Source of the DNA: Azolla caroliniana
Taxonomy: Eukaryota > Plantae > Polypodiophyta
Assembly (NCBI GenBank): GCA_043228905.1
Contig: JBHGNT010000015.1
Span: 12,896,001 to 12,960,000, forward strand
Direction: 5' to 3'
Length of the DNA: 64,000 nucleotides
A model generated the notes under the pieces. It was not told the DNA's origin, searched no databases, and worked only from the letters and a program-made list of their open reading frames with translations. Both the position numbers and the translations under genes were made by a program. This document shows, piece after piece, positions 1 through 13,463 of the stretch; within the stretch, counting starts at the first letter, position 1; each line of letters begins with the position of its first letter.

Positions 1-2088
1 TAATATTCGTGAACTTAGATCATTCTTAGGGTTTGTTGGATTTTTACGAAAATCAATTCGTAACTATTCCAAATTGACTACGCCATTAACTGACCTTTTA
101 AAAGGTCATCCACGTAAGTCTGTCAAACCAATTTCATGGAATGAACAACTTGACAAATCATTTGAGACACTCAAGGAGCATGTGTGTCAGGCTCCCACTC
201 TTCTATTACCAAACCCTTCTAAGCCTTTCTCAATTGAAACCGATGCTAGTGATTATGCTATTGGTGCCGTTCTTTATCAAGGTGGTCACCCTATCGCTTT
301 TGAAAGTAAGAAGCTAGATGCTGCTCAATCTCGGTATTCGGTTCAAGAGAAAGAGTTGTTTGCGGTGATACACGCACTTAAAACATGGAGGCACTATCTC
401 TATGGAAATAAATTTGTGGTTACAACAGACCATCAATCATTAAAGTATTTTTGTGACCAGCCCGATCTTGTTGGTCGTAAAGGCCGTTGGGCTGACCTTA
501 TGCAAGATTTTGATTTTTCCATACGATATCGCAAGGGTTCTATGAACACCGTTGCTGATGCTCTTAGTCGCATTAAAGAAGTTAACATGCTTAGCTTCAC
601 GGAAATAAAATCTGATCTTTTAGATCACCTTCGAGGGAAATACCTTGATGACAGTTATTTCTCAAAATACTGGACGAAAGCCGAATCTGGTTTAGATGCC
701 GATACTAGCACCCTACCCTCGAAGGCGACCTTTCACATTACAAACGGTTTGCTCTACCGTAGTGGAAAGGTCTGTGTTCCAGATTTACCAAATGTTAAAA
801 AGAAAATTTTTCATGAATGTCATGATGCACCATCTGCTGGTCATCCTGGAATACAATGCACACTCGTTCTCATCTCGTGTACTTTTTTCTGGCCTAAGAT
901 GCGCTCTGACGTGCATAAATACGTAACTCAATGCTTACAATGTCAGATTAATAAGTCGGAACGACTTAAAGCTGCTGGTCTTTTACATCCCTTAGATATT
1001 CCCAACAATAAATGGGAAAGTATCTCGATGGATTTTATTGTTAGTTTACCTCGTACACAGAGGGGTCATGATGCCATATGGGTTGTCGTTGACAGGCTAA
1101 CAAAATTAGCTAGATTTATTCCTACAAAACCACGGTAACCGCTCAACAGTTGGCTTATCAATTTGTTGATGAGTTATTTCGTTTTTATGGATTACCGATG
1201 GATATTGTTAGTGATCGAGATTCCAAGTTTACTAGTGACTTTTGGACTCAGGTCTTTAAGAAACTAGAAACTACGTTGAGCATGAGTTCCGCAGATCATC
1301 CTCAGTCTGATGGACAAACTGAACGAGTTAATCAAATTATTGAGGACATGCTTCGAGCTTATATAGCAAAAACCCCTTCTAAGTGGGAGCAATACCTTCC
1401 TATCTTAGAATTTGCCTATAATAGCTCTAAACATACATCCACTGGATATAGTCCTTTTATGTTGATGTATGGTTTTCAGCCACGTGCCCCAGTTGATGTC
1501 ACGATTCATCGTGATACATTAGACAGTACACGCAATTTTTTGCAAGACATGAACCAAATGTTGCATATTGCCAAAGAAAATGTCAAGACAGCTCAAGATC
1601 GTGCTCGATTTTATGCTGATCGGGATAGACGTCCTCGTGCATTTACTATTGGTCAAAAAGTTTTTTTGCGTGTCCCGACTGATTCTACGTCATTATCTAC
1701 GGGCAAGTGCGCTAAGTTAGCCCCACGATATTGTGGCCCATTTGAAATCCTTAGGCGAGTTGGGTCATCTGCTTATCACCTTGCCTTACCTCGTAACGTT
1801 GGTATTCATCCTGTTTTTCACGTCAGTCGTCTAAAACCATTTTTAGGCTCTGGTGATAACACCATCACAATCCAAGATCTTGTAACATTAGAGGATTTTT
1901 CTTACAAACCTCATGTTCCTGAACGAATTCTTGATTCTCGTACTAAACGTTTACGTTCTAAAGAGATTCGGCTATTCAAGATCAAATGGATGGATAAACC
2001 TATTGATGATGCCACATGGGAACGCGAGCATTCGCTTAAGGCACAATTTCCTCACTTTATATTGCAAGAGTGCAATCTTTTGAAGTAG
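1..2088 (+). pseudogene. pol: Chromovirus pol (RT-RNaseH-integrase-chromodomain), frameshift near 1135
   Basis: ORFs 74-1138 and 1150-2088 are consecutive parts of one integrase in different frames. Confidence 0.9.
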
Positions 2089-2095
2089 GGGAGTA

Positions 2096-2637
2096 TGTTA
2101 TGTACACATAACGTTGGTGAGGGTAGGTCACTAATATTTACATTAGTGAAGGGTATGTTCACTATTATTAAAAAGGGGACTAATGATTGGATAGAATGAA
2201 TGATATGTGCATGCACTATCATGATTTAGACAACCAATGAATAGAGAGCCTTTTAGAAAGGCACATCTATTCAAGGGGCCTAGGAAAAGGTATAAATATG
2301 AGGCTTAGCTACCCTCATAGGGACAATCACGTCGGAAGGCTGCTGTCGTAGACACCGGTGGTGCGGGCTAGGCTTTCGTCTCGACGATCGTGTTTATCTC
2401 TTCCAAGGTATTAGTCATCCTAATATCCGGCGGTATGGGACGTCGGTGGTAGGTTGGCTATGTCTAGATCATAGCTCGGGGGTGGTCGGGTGGAACGGGT
2501 TCTTCTATCCAATCTATTTTCTTCCTTTTTACTTGATTTGGTCTATTGATTAGTAATAGACTCTTAACACTTCCGCTACACGGTTCATGTACGCATAATG
2601 ATGCGCCATGTACTCGTTGTATCCGAACTGCAAAACA
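2096..2637 (+). repeat. 3' LTR of the chromovirus
   Basis: Starts tgtta right after the PPT, has a TATAAA box near 2291, ends caaaaca where Copia coding sequence resumes. Confidence 0.75.
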
Positions 2638-2716
2638 GGATTCTTCTGGCGGGTAGATCGGCGTAATCTCACATTAGCCGATGTCGAGGCCTTCTCGGTC
2701 GACGCGGCCTTCACCT

Positions 2717-4276
2717 TTAAAGACCCGTCACCGGTTGCCTCGGAGTCGGACTTGCATCGGTCTGACCGTTCCTTTCCGTGCCGGAATCCGACACCTTCGT
2801 CCCTTTCTCTTTGCGCGTAAGCCGTCTCCTCGGCCTCCTGCGCGGGGAATGCACGGCCGAGTCTCCACTACTCGCCGACTCTTCATCGGACTGGTCGTAC
2901 CGACTCAGTCGTCCAATCGGTCCACTTAAACGGAGCGAAATCGGACTCTCTTCGCGGGTCTCGATTTTGGGCTCATCCGGAGGCATCTCGGCCTCGCTGA
3001 CCTCATCGTCAAAGCTCGGATTGGAGTCGAGGTTCGTAGTCGGGGGCAGGTACCAGGACGCGGACTCGTCAAACACAACGTCGCGGCTGACACGTGCTTG
3101 TTTGGTGCGAGGGTTATAACACTTATAACCCTTCTGCTCGTCCGAGTAACCGACCAAGATGCATTTCTCGGCCTTTGCGTCCAGCTTCCTCCTTTTCTCC
3201 TTCGGTACATGCACATATGCAATGCTACCGAACACCCTCAAATGTCGCAAGTTCGGCTTCATTTCGAAATATAGCTCGTGCGCCGACACTTTGTCTCCGA
3301 TCCGGTTTTGGATGTATACCGTGGTCCTTACCGCCTCGGCCCAGTAGAACTTGGGCAAGCTCTTCTCCTCCAGCATTGCCCGTGCCGCTTCCACAACTGA
3401 CCGATTCTTTCTCTCGGCCACGCCGTTCTGCTCTGGCGTGTATCTACAACTGAATTCGCGGCGAATTCCCATTTGTTGTAAGTAACCGTTGAATTGACCG
3501 GAAAAGTACTCTTTCCCGCCATCCGACCGCAAGCACTTGATCTTTTGTCCTGTTTCGGCTTCCACGAACCCTTTGAGGTCCCGGAAACAGTCGAAGACTT
3601 CGCTCTTCCTCTCAATGAGGTAGATCCATGTGTGCCACGTGTGGTCGTCGATGAAGGAGACGAAATATCGGCTCCCACCAAGACTAACGTTTTGTGCCGG
3701 TCCCCATACATCAAAGTGTATAAGGTCAAGCTTGTTCCGGCTCCGGTTTCGCTCGTTGGGGAAAGGAAATCGGTGTTGCTTCCCGAGCTGGCAAGCTTCA
3801 CAAATTTGTGCCTTTCGGCCACTAAACTTGGGCAATCCGAACACTACCTGTTTCGATTGCAGATCTTGAAGCTGTTGGTGGTTGATGTGGCCTATCCGCT
3901 TGTAACACAAGTCGATGTCTGACTCGGTCTTTTGTCCCTTCGCGAACATTGCGGTGCCGCCGTCAGTGGAGTCGAGGATGAACATCCTCCCGTCTCTGCG
4001 CCCTTGCGCAATCACACGGCCTTCTTCCTCAATGAAGCACCCGAGGTGTGTAAACCGAACCTCCATCCCTTGGTCGACGATCTGTCCGACCGAGACCAAG
4101 TTTTTCGTGATTGTCGGGACGTGCAGCACGTTCATGAGTTTCCCTTTCTGCCCGACATGGCTAAGGGGAACTTCTCCGACATTCGCGATCGGATGCGGAG
4201 TGTTGTCTCCTGTTGCGACTACTCCAGGTTCTATCGGTTTTTCAAGGTACGAGAACCACTCCTTATGGCTCGTCAT
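2717..4276 (-). pseudogene. pol: Copia A1 protease end, GAG-pre-integrase and integrase
   Basis: KRIGHIN, CEACQLGK, DVWGP, VSRDVVFDE; RT lies beyond the chromovirus insertion. Confidence 0.9.
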
Positions 4277-4303
4277 GTGGTTTGACGCGCCGGAGTCTAC
4301 GTA

Positions 4304-5317
4304 TCACACCTCGTCCGATCTCGGGGTGCTCTGTTTCATTGAGTTTGCTTCGTGTCTCGTCACGAAGACAGACCCTTCTCCGACTCTCCCAAAGTCTTGG
4401 GCGTAGTGTGATCGCTGCCGATTTCCCTTGTCGGTATGTCCGGAGCCGTTTCCGGAACCGGTTCTCTCCGAATTGGCGCGCTTCTTCCAGCACTCACTTT
4501 CCCTGTGGCCTTTCTTGCCACAGTACCAGCACTCGGCGATGGCCTTCCCTTGCCAGTTCTCATCGCTTCGACTCCCCCTGTTTCTGGAGGGTCCGGAGTT
4601 GTTGTCGGCATCACTTCGGTGCCATCTTCCTTGATCTCGTCGGCCGCTTCCATTGCGTACCGACTTGCCTTGTCCGCCACGACCACGGGGCCTTTCTCCC
4701 TCTGTGTACAACATCTTGCTGTCGGTGTGCGTGCTCGTCGACGCACCCGCGTGGTTCTCCTCTACCAAGAGCATCGACTGTAAGTCGAAAAAGGACGACG
4801 TATTCTCCTGGGTACAAACAGCCGTTCGGAACGCTCCGAACTTCGACGCCAAACCTCCGAGACAGATCTGGACCATCTCGCTCTCCTCGATGTTCACCTC
4901 TATGGAGGCGAGGGAGTCGCAGATATCCTTGATCTTCGAGGTATAGTCCGCCACCGACAAGTCGCGTTGTCGTAGGTTGCTCAACTCCTGTTGGAGCTGA
5001 AGCTTCCTAGCTGTGGTGCTCGCGGCGAAAATCTTCTTCAGATTTTCCCACGCACCCTTCGGCGTCTTTGCATCCCGAACATAGCTCAATAGCTGTTCGC
5101 CCACACACGACGCGAAGCGGTACAATACCCTGCTCGCCGATTGCTCCCACGACGGGAAGTCTCTGTGTGTCGATTCGGGTGCCGCGTCATTAGCTCCTTC
5201 GACATAACTCCAGTAGCCGTGCCCGAGCAGGTACTGGTGCATCTTGTAGGACCAAGACGCGTAGTTGGTTCTGTCGAGCTTCTCTGTTGGAAGCGAGCTC
5301 GCCATGCCTCTATCCAT
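4304..5317 (-). pseudogene. gag: Copia A1 gag (UBN2-like region plus CCHC), stop before the protease
   Basis: EKLDRTNYASW, zinc knuckle; protease motif continues after the stop codon. Confidence 0.88.
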
Positions 5318-5389
5318 CGTTCTTCTCGTTCTTCTTCGTCAAGTTGTGTCGGCTGCAGAGAGGTTCTCAACCCTCGCGATCTGATACCA

Positions 5390-5784
5390 TGTAGAAAGCA
5401 ACGTGCGGAAGCAAGTATGAAGACCGAACAGAAGGAAGGAAACTCAGGTTTAATGGAGAGCTTGAGCTTACACGGTATACGCGGGAGAGACAGAGAGAGT
5501 GAGAGAGAAGACACAAAAAACTATATTCAACAATAATACTCAGTCTGTACATAAGACGTGCTCAGTGAACACTTTTATACAAGCCCTAGAAGGACTGGCC
5601 GAAGTACTGACAGTACTTCAATGCTCATCAAGAGCTCCTACACTAACTCCCAAATATATTCCTTACGGAATATCTTTCCTAACGACCTCCCGGTTTACGC
5701 ACTCGGCCTAGCCGATTGGTCCCAACCGATCCAGTCCTCGGCTTCTTCAGCCGAACTGGCCGATGTTGAGCTTGTCTCTCAACA
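5390..5784 (-). repeat. 5' LTR of Copia A1
   Basis: tgtag...caaca next to the tRNA-iMet PBS; Copia E integrase (GYSLEQKGY) resumes at 5785. Confidence 0.85.
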
Positions 5785-7321
5785 TACCCCTTTTGCTCTA
5801 ATGAGTATCCTACGAGGACACCTTTCTTTGACTTCGGGTCGAGCTTTTGTCGCTTCTCGTCGGGAACATGCACATAGGCGACAGAGCCGAATGTCCGAAC
5901 ATGTGATAGGTCCGACTTCTTTTCGTAAAACTTCTCATGCGGGGTAACCTCATGCATGGCGGATGTTGTACACCGGTTCATTAGATATATAGCTATGTTA
6001 GCCGCTTCTGCCCAATACGATTTCGATAGGTTCTTCTCGTTCATCCTTGCCTGTGCAACCTCTAGTATATGTTGATTCTTTCGTTTGGCTACACCATTTT
6101 GTTGAGGTGTGTGCCGGCATGAGAATTCTCGTCGTATTCATTCCTTTTGGAGATATGCCGTAAACTCATCCGAGAAATATTTTTTGCCTCCATTCGATCG
6201 AAGGCAGCGTACGTGCTGAGTTGTGGCTTTTTCAACTTCATTTTTGAACCTTCGGAAGTGTTTGAACACTTCGCTCTTCTGTCTCATCGGGTAGATCCAG
6301 GTGTGCCTTGAGAAGTCGTCAATGATTGTGACATAGTATCGGCAAACGCTGAATGTGGTTGTCTGCGCCAGTCCCCATACATCTGAATGTACTGCATCTA
6401 GGATCCCTTTGCTCACATTGATATCTTTTGGGAATGGATGTCAGTGTTGTTTTCCGAATTGGCACGCCTCGCATACGCCCGTAATCTCCTTCTCGGTAAA
6501 GTTCGGGAGTTTGATTACGACTCCTTTCGATTGCATGTTCTGGAGATTAATGTGGCCAATTCACTTTGTTGGCCGTAGGCGGCCAAGTATGTATTGAGGA
6601 TGGGGCAAGTCGGTTTCCGGATATATAATAATATTATTAGTTATAAGAATGGACAGTATGACGATCCGTATCCGGACCGATTCGTACCCAGTTGCCGGTT
6701 AGGCACCATTTTGTAACACAGAACCAGATGCCTATAAAAGGATCTGGGTATCGATGTATCTAGACGACATAATATTTAATATAAGAAAGTTTTGTTATTG
6801 TATCTTGTGGATTGTTATGTTCATATTCCGTTCTGCACTAAATGTATGAATCTTACGTGTGTAATTGCGGTGTGTTGTGAATCTGGATACCGAACCGGAA
6901 GATAACCGGTTATGGTTGTTAGTGTTAAATCCCTTACTGTAACCACCCTTTGGTGAAGTGTTCCGAAGGGACACCTTGTGTTAGAGGCAAGTCCGGCCCA
7001 GGAGTAACACATATTTTGGCGACCACGATTACTACAGCAAGCAATGAACAATGGGGATGGATGACTAGGCCAACAAATGACCCAGTTTCCGAACGAGCAA
7101 GAAGACTAGCCGAAAGACCGTGGAGGAGGGAGGCTTACCAGCAGCAACTAAGGAGATCCGATCGGATCGGTCTTTTTCTAGTGTGATTTGGCGGGTCGCG
7201 GAGGAGTCACTCCGGTTATAGCACAATCCATACCTGGACGAAGGAAGTAGTATGAGTAGTTTGCGGAATGCGGAATCCATCCTGTACACCCTCACGGCGG
7301 ACGAGGGAGAGTTGGGAGCGT

Positions 7322-7500
7322 TGTCGTGAAGATTTTCGGCGATACTATGAAACTTGTAAGGAACATACGAAATCGAGTGTGGTTCTTCTCGCAAAATATA
7401 AAACAATAATAGTAAAGATACTATCTTAAAAAAGTTTAATATCTTGATACAAAAAGATGGAGGTCTTGAAGAGCTTCTGAATGTGCTTTACTACGTACGA
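7322..7500 (+). repeat. Truncated LTR start of the tRNA-Trp family (tgtcgtgaagatttt)
   Basis: Same terminus as the LTRs at 16261 and, inverted, at 11442 and 32549; right end approximate. Confidence 0.6.
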
Positions 7501-9103
7501 AACAGAGATCTTAGTGTCAAGTTATGTGGGTATGAAGTTTGCAAAGAAGAAGAGAAAAATATGTTTCATCATGAACAATCTGCCACGGTCGGAGTTGTAT
7601 GCGTACATTCCACCACGATCCTCGTAGTCGGAGTTGTGCCCGTACATTCCACTATACTCTTCGTAGTTGGAATTGTGCGCGTAATTCGTGAGTTGTCGGC
7701 TTGTGGAAGCTGATTCACACATCTTCTTCGTGGTGGCCGAGCTTTCCGCAATATCCGCATTCGGTTGCGTTTTGACGGCTCGGGCCGGAGTGGAAGCTCC
7801 CCCTGCTTGCGAAGGTTCCTCGTTGGCTTCCGTTTTGCGGCCGAAATTGGGAGTTGTTATCGTAGGTCGGACCTCGTCTGCCTTGTCCTTGGCCGAATCG
7901 GCCTCTCGACCGTCCGCGTCCTCTTCCTCCGTTCGAGTGTGTGTAAAGCATGTGGCCTTCCGACTCATTGCTCCTTGTACGCACGTGGTTTTCTTCGACC
8001 AATAGCATTGATTGGAGCTCGAAGAAGGAGGGAGATTTCTCATGTGCTAGAACGGCGGTTCACATCGCGCCGAACTGTGGTGCGAGGCTGCCGAGGCATA
8101 TTTGAACCATCTCATCATCATCGATATTTACGCTTATTGAGCCGAGCGAATCGCAAAGCTCCTTGATCTTCGAGGTGTATGTCGTGATGGACATATCCGT
8201 TTGTTGAATGTTGTTCAACTCTTGGCAGAGTTGAAGCCTTCTTGTGGTTGTGTTCGCCGCAAAAATCTTTCGTAGCTTTTCCCATGCCTCCTTCGGCGTA
8301 TTGGCTTCGCGAATGTAGCCGAGCATGTGATTGTGAACACATGACACCAAGCAATACATCACGCGGCTTGCGGCTTGCTCCCATGTCGTGTATCCGGGAG
8401 CCGCTTCGGTGGGTCGGTCTTCATGCGCTCCTTTGATGTAGCTCCAATAGCCTTGTCCGACAAGGTATTGGTGCATCTTGTACTCCCAAGATGCGAAGTT
8501 GTTTCGATCCAACTTCTCGGTAGGGAGAGCGCTCCCCATTTGAGTATTCATTATGTCGATTCTTCTTCTTCTTCTTCTCTCTTCGAATGCAAGCTATGTA
8601 GCAAAGATACGATAGCGATGAGCCGGTTCTTGGTCGTCAGCGTGGAGCAGAACACACGATCACGATGAGGCGAATGGGCTAGATCGAGCTACCAAATCGC
8701 TCTGATACCATGTAAAGAACCGGATATGATTCTTGTGAAGTGGAAGAGATGTGAGTTATGTGTGTGTATGAGAGAGAGAGAGAGAGTGAGAGAGAGACAA
8801 GGAATAATACACAGAGAATACGCAAGGTAAAAGTATATTAACAAAGGAGAAAGACTCAACTCAATACAAGCTAGGGGGAGGGTGCTTTATATAGTCACCT
8901 TCTCTCTTCATTAACTACAAGACTCATGGAGCATGGGGAATGTGAAAGCTCATAAGTTATGTGTCATAGAATATGATTCTATGACTCATACTAAATGCTA
9001 GAATACAAAGAGGTGACATAATGGTGACTCTTGACCGTTGGAGTGTCTATTCACTCTCAAGGTGAGTTCACACACTAGACCAAGTTGAGCTTGATTCTCA
9101 ATA
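7500..9103 (-). mobile_element. Copia 5' fragment: gag, PBS and 5' LTR (8711-9103)
   Basis: gag ORFs 8060-8551 and 7715-8008 (CGYCGKLGHHEE); PBS complement gctctgatacca at 8699-8710. Confidence 0.85.
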
Positions 9104-9109
9104 TTTTGC

Positions 9110-9490
9110 AATGATCTTCGTGATGACCATAGGCATGTTGATCACAATCCCTCCCTTCAAGATTGCGTTCTTCGTCACATGTTTCTCTTTTGTCGAGTTT
9201 GCAATGATCCTCGTAACGACCATACGCATGTTGATCTCGATATCTCTCTTCAAAGCCTTGTTCTTCGTCACATGTCTCTTTACGACCACAACTACGTCGA
9301 TCTTCGGGATGACCATAGGCATGTCGATCACAATCCCTCCCTTCAAGATCACGTTCTTCGTCACATGTTTCTCTTTTGTCGAGTTTGCAATGATCCTTGT
9401 AACGACCATAGGCACGTTGATCTCGATATCTCTCTTCAAAGCCTAGTTCTTCGTCACATGTCTCTTCACCACCGCAACTACGCTGATCTC
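9110..9490. repeat. 90-bp coding tandem repeat, about 4 copies, with a 180-bp dimer structure
   Basis: 30-aa units (ETCDEE..EERYRDQ / ETCDEE..EGRDCD) alternate ABAB in ORF 9075-9782. Confidence 0.85.
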
Positions 9491-9906
9491 GATCATCTTC
9501 ATCGTCGTCACCATCGAGCAAACCATGAAAAGGTTGAGGCCCGAATCTTGACGTCAGAATTGCTTCGTACCAATCAGGAACTTCTTGATATAGTCTTTCG
9601 ACTTGCCTTGCCAACTTGAGATACTCCAATGCTCTATCCTTATCATATCGCAACATCATTTCGATGGTCTTCCTTACAAATGGAAGCATCATGACCGTTG
9701 GACCACCTTCTATTCTTATCAACTCCTCTAAGAAGTATGCATCCAAGATCACATCCACCATTCGCGATCCCCCCATTACCACCTTGTGTTGTTCATGCCG
9801 GGTTCACCAAATAGATGTCGCGTGGCGCGTGACATACGTGCCAAACGTCGGGATGTGCGTGTCACAAGCGCGGACAAGCACCGAGACTCTATCCGCTAGT
9901 GGTTAT

Positions 9907-10597
9907 TGAAAAGGAATACGATTTCCTTAGCTATGCTTGGCCACAACTGAGACGTCGGATCAAGCACAGGAAACAAGGATGTGGTGAAATGTATCTAACA
10001 CACGAAACAGTAAAGAAGAGAGTGCACTGGTTGAAATCTGGGAAAAACCATGGTAGCCCTCAGACTGCAAAATATCACTATATCAAGATTACAACAATGG
10101 GGCACAGAGGCAACGACCTCTTGCTCCCTCGCTTCGCCACCAGGCGGTTACAATAGAGGCAACGACCTCTTCCTCTCTTCCTCTCTTCTTTGTACACAGT
10201 TACACTCTGAATTATCGCCACAACGGTAATAACACAACCAACTCTACATCATCTTCTATTGAGTTTGCCCTAGGTCATATTTATACTAATATGACTTTTG
10301 GGCTATTTACAAATATAGCCCCAGTGGGCTCTTTGGAACATATTTACATATATGTCCCTTCCATCCGATGAGAGGTTCTCACCGGGCCTGCAACATCCGG
10401 TTCTCACCGGGTCTTCCATTGCCGGGTACTCCACATCCGGTTCTTACCGGGTCTTCCATTGCCGGGTACTCCACATCCGGTTCTCACCGGGTCTTCCGTT
10501 GCCAGGTACTCATCATCCGGTTCTCACCGGGTCTTCCATTGCCGGGTACTCGTCATTCGGTTCTCACTTCCCATTCGGAGGGACCTGTTTCCTAATA
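9907..10597 (-). repeat. Copia solo LTR (G/J/K-related family) with a 40-bp tandem array at 10394-10568
   Basis: TSD GTTAT on both sides; end gacctgtttcctaata matches the reverse of the J LTR start at 47950. Confidence 0.87.
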
Positions 10598-13113
10598 GTT
10601 ATGGAGGATTGACGATGGGATTTCTGCGCCTACGGGTTGATCGAATGGGACCACCAAGGTCTTTGACAGGGGAGAACGAATTGGGTGAGTTGTGCCTGTA
10701 AGGAATTGATTGTTTAGGTTTATCGTCGAGTCGTCCTTCGTTGTCGAAGACGCACCCGAACCCGACTCAACGGTGTGGTGGATTGACGTGTAGGCAGTTG
10801 AAGTAAGGCACTAATGTGGTTGAGAGTGTGTGTGAGAGAGAAATGAAAGTTGAGGAAGTGTTTACGATAGATAGATAGATGGATTGAAATTCCAATTCTA
10901 GGTTTGAACCCTTGACTTTAATTTAGAAAAACAAGACACATCACCAATAAGATAACTAGGTTTTCTTATTAAATTAATAATCTTGATTTAATCTATAGCT
11001 TGCTTGATACATAGCTTCTTTGATTCCCACTTATATAGATGCCCCCATGCATATGTGCATGTGAGGGTGTAAGACATGCATACAATGCATGAAATGCATG
11101 ATTGCCATTTGGTGCTCGTGCATCACATGTGATGCATGATGACCATGTACCTCATTGAAGCTCTCATGTATGAGCATTCATATGTGAAAAACATAAAGAT
11201 GGTCTAAAGAAATAACTTAGCCTAATGGTAAGTCAGTTGTCTTCTATCTTGGAGGAGCAAGGTTCAATACTTGGAACCCTTCGTATGCTTGAAAACGCAA
11301 ATAGGCTTTAGGTGTTCTCATTACATTTATATTTACAACATGCTAACATATGAGTGTGACCATCACCCCTTTCATTCGTTTGCACATTACACCTTCTCGA
11401 TTCCACGCAATTTTCACACCGTTGCAGAAAATCTTCACGACAATGTTGAGAACCAGAGAAAAGACGATGACCACTTCTATAAGATGGATGCGGAAAGGAT
11501 TGTCACCATCCGGGAAGAGTTGTTGGATGACTTTCTGTCCTTGGTCGGAGAGCAATTGGTTGCTGTCAAAAGGCTGGTGGAACGATTAAACGATGACTAG
11601 CTCGACACCCAACTCCAGTTCGAGCGATTCAAACGGGAGCGTCAACAAAAGGAGGCCGCGCGGGTGATGGTGGTGATCAATCTCAGTGATGAAGAACAAT
11701 CTCCGGATCAGCCACCAATTGAAACCGAGGCCGGAGCAACACAACCGGAAAGAGACAGAATAGAGTAGCCGGATGAAGCTGGATTGGAACAACCAACAAA
11801 AGCCGGACGAGAGCAGCTGGAAGGAGTAAAAGAAGAGCCGGGAGCGGAAGGAACTGGAGAAGACGGAAATGCCGGAAATCGAAAGGACCAGCAAGAGCAA
11901 CAAAATGAGGAACCCCTCGAACCCTTGGACCAGAGTCTTAGACATATTTGATGAGGAGTAGTGGAGTTAACCCGTGGGTTTACCGTACAAGGTACTGTCC
12001 CACAGGCGTGCCATGTGTTGGCCGTTGGTGGCCAAGTATGTAATGAGGCAGGGGAGAGCCGGTTTCAGGATATATAATAATATTATTAGTTATAAGAACG
12101 GACGGATCCGGAATAGGTATGTCGATCCGGATATGGACCGATTCATAGACTGTTGCCGGTTAGGCACCGTTTTGTAGCACAGAACCGGATGCCTATAAAA
12201 GGATCCGGGTATCGATGTATTTAGACGACGGAATATTAATATAAGAAAGTTTTGTTATTGTATCTTGTGGATCTTTATGTTCCTATTCCGTTCTGCGCTG
12301 AATGTATGGATCTTACGTGTGTAATTGAGGTGTGTTTTGAATCCGGATACTGAACCGGAAGATAATCGGTTATGGTTGTTAGTGCTGAATCCCTTACCAT
12401 AACTACCCTTTGGTGAAGTGTTCCGAAGGGACACCTTGTGTTAGAGGCAAGTCCTGCCCAGGAGTAACACACTTGTGCGATAGTTTCAAGTCAGTTTCGA
12501 CTTTAAGACCTTTGCATACATTTCCGACTTTACCTTGTTTGATTCGAGGATAAACATTTTGCCTTCTCGGCGACCGTGAGCGATGAGGCGGCCTTCTTTT
12601 TCGATGAAGCACCCTTCATCATTGAACCGAACTTGCATTCCTTGTTCGACAATCTGCCTTATCGAGACTAGGTTTTTAGTGATGGTTTGGACATGCAAGA
12701 CATTTTTGAGGTAGGTTTGTTTTCCGTCGTTCCCGAATGGGACGTTTCCAATGTGCCGTATTGAATGAGTCGTGTCATCGCCTGTTTCGACATAACCGGG
12801 CCAATCGGGCTTTCGTAATTCTCGGAACCAATCTTCATGAGACGTCATATGATTGGACGCTCCCGCGTCAACAAACCACACATTATCCGAGGTTGAGGTG
12901 CTTGTCTCACCTTGTGTTGACATCGAATGCGCTTCGTGCCTCATCATAAACATTCCACCACGATCATCATAGTCGGAATTCGAGCCGTAATTCGTAAGTT
13001 GTCGGCAGGTCGATGCCAATCTCACTTCTTCTTTCGGCACTCCTCTTCATAGTGGCCGAGTTTTCCACAGTACCCGCATTCGATCTGGTTGCTGCGATGG
13101 CTTGGTTCGGCAG

Positions 13114-13463
13114 GATGGCTCCCCCTTCTGCCGAAGTCCTTGGAATTGTTCCTATTGTCTTGCCATTGGTGGGAGTTGCATTCTCGGGTCGTCTGACCTT
13201 GCTGCCCTCAGCCGAATTGACCCACGACTGAATTGTCTTCTATCATCTGACTGTGAGTAAAGCATATGACCATCCGGTGCATTGCTCTTGATGGCTCCCA
13301 CTTCTGCCGAAGTCCTTGGAATTGTTCCTATTGTCTTGCCATTGGTGGGAGTTGCATGCTCGGGTCAACTGACCCTGCTGCCCTCAGCCGAATTGACCCA
13401 CGACTGAATTGTCTTCTATCATCTGACTGTGAGTAAAGCATATGACCATCCGGTGCATTGCTC
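13114..13463. repeat. 176-bp tandem duplication in Copia E gag
   Basis: gatggctccc..attgctc starts at 13114 and again at 13290. Confidence 0.9.

Larger units (their letters stand above)
1..2637 (+). mobile_element. Ty3/Gypsy chromovirus, 3' part (RT end, RNase H, integrase, chromodomain, PPT, 3' LTR), inserted into Copia A1
   Basis: RNase H motifs ETDASDYAIG and YSVQEKELFA; integrase HHCC; GQTERVN; GPF motif; chromodomain PERILD..FKIKW..DATWE; PPT gaagtaggggagta at 2082-2095, then a TG..CA LTR. Confidence 0.93.
2638..5784 (-). mobile_element. Ty1/Copia element A1 (5' LTR, PBS, gag, protease, integrase), inserted into Copia E
   Basis: gag 4304-5317 with zinc knuckle CWYCGKKGHRESEC; integrase 2717-4276 (LRSDGGKEY, QNGVAERKNR); PBS complement cgatctgatacca at 5377-5389; LTR 5390-5784. 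Confidence 0.92.
9104..11442 (-). mobile_element. tRNA-Trp-primed Gypsy fragment F: repeat-rich ORF, PBS and 5' LTR (9816-11442)
   Basis: PBS ttcatgccgggttcacca at 9792-9809; LTR tgtcgcg...tcttcacgaca. Confidence 0.72.
6567..12469 (+). mobile_element. Athila-like Gypsy element B0, internally deleted, with nested fragments
   Basis: LTRs 6567-7009 and 12016-12469 (tgttggccg...ggagtaaca); perfect TSD CACTT; PBS tggcgaccacg; gag start MTRPTNDPVSERARRLAER; ORF2 tail at 11443-11961. Confidence 0.88.

Noticed and set aside
7065-7406. Apparent protein similarity (AENLHDN) between ORFs 7065-7406 and 11271-11600
   Set aside because: It is the translation of a shared LTR terminus (tgtcgtgaagatttt), not a gene.
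7318-11446. 7322-11442 as a TIR element with a GCGT/ATGT TSD
   Set aside because: The inverted ends are LTR termini of two related retroelements, and the flanks differ at 2 of 4 bases.
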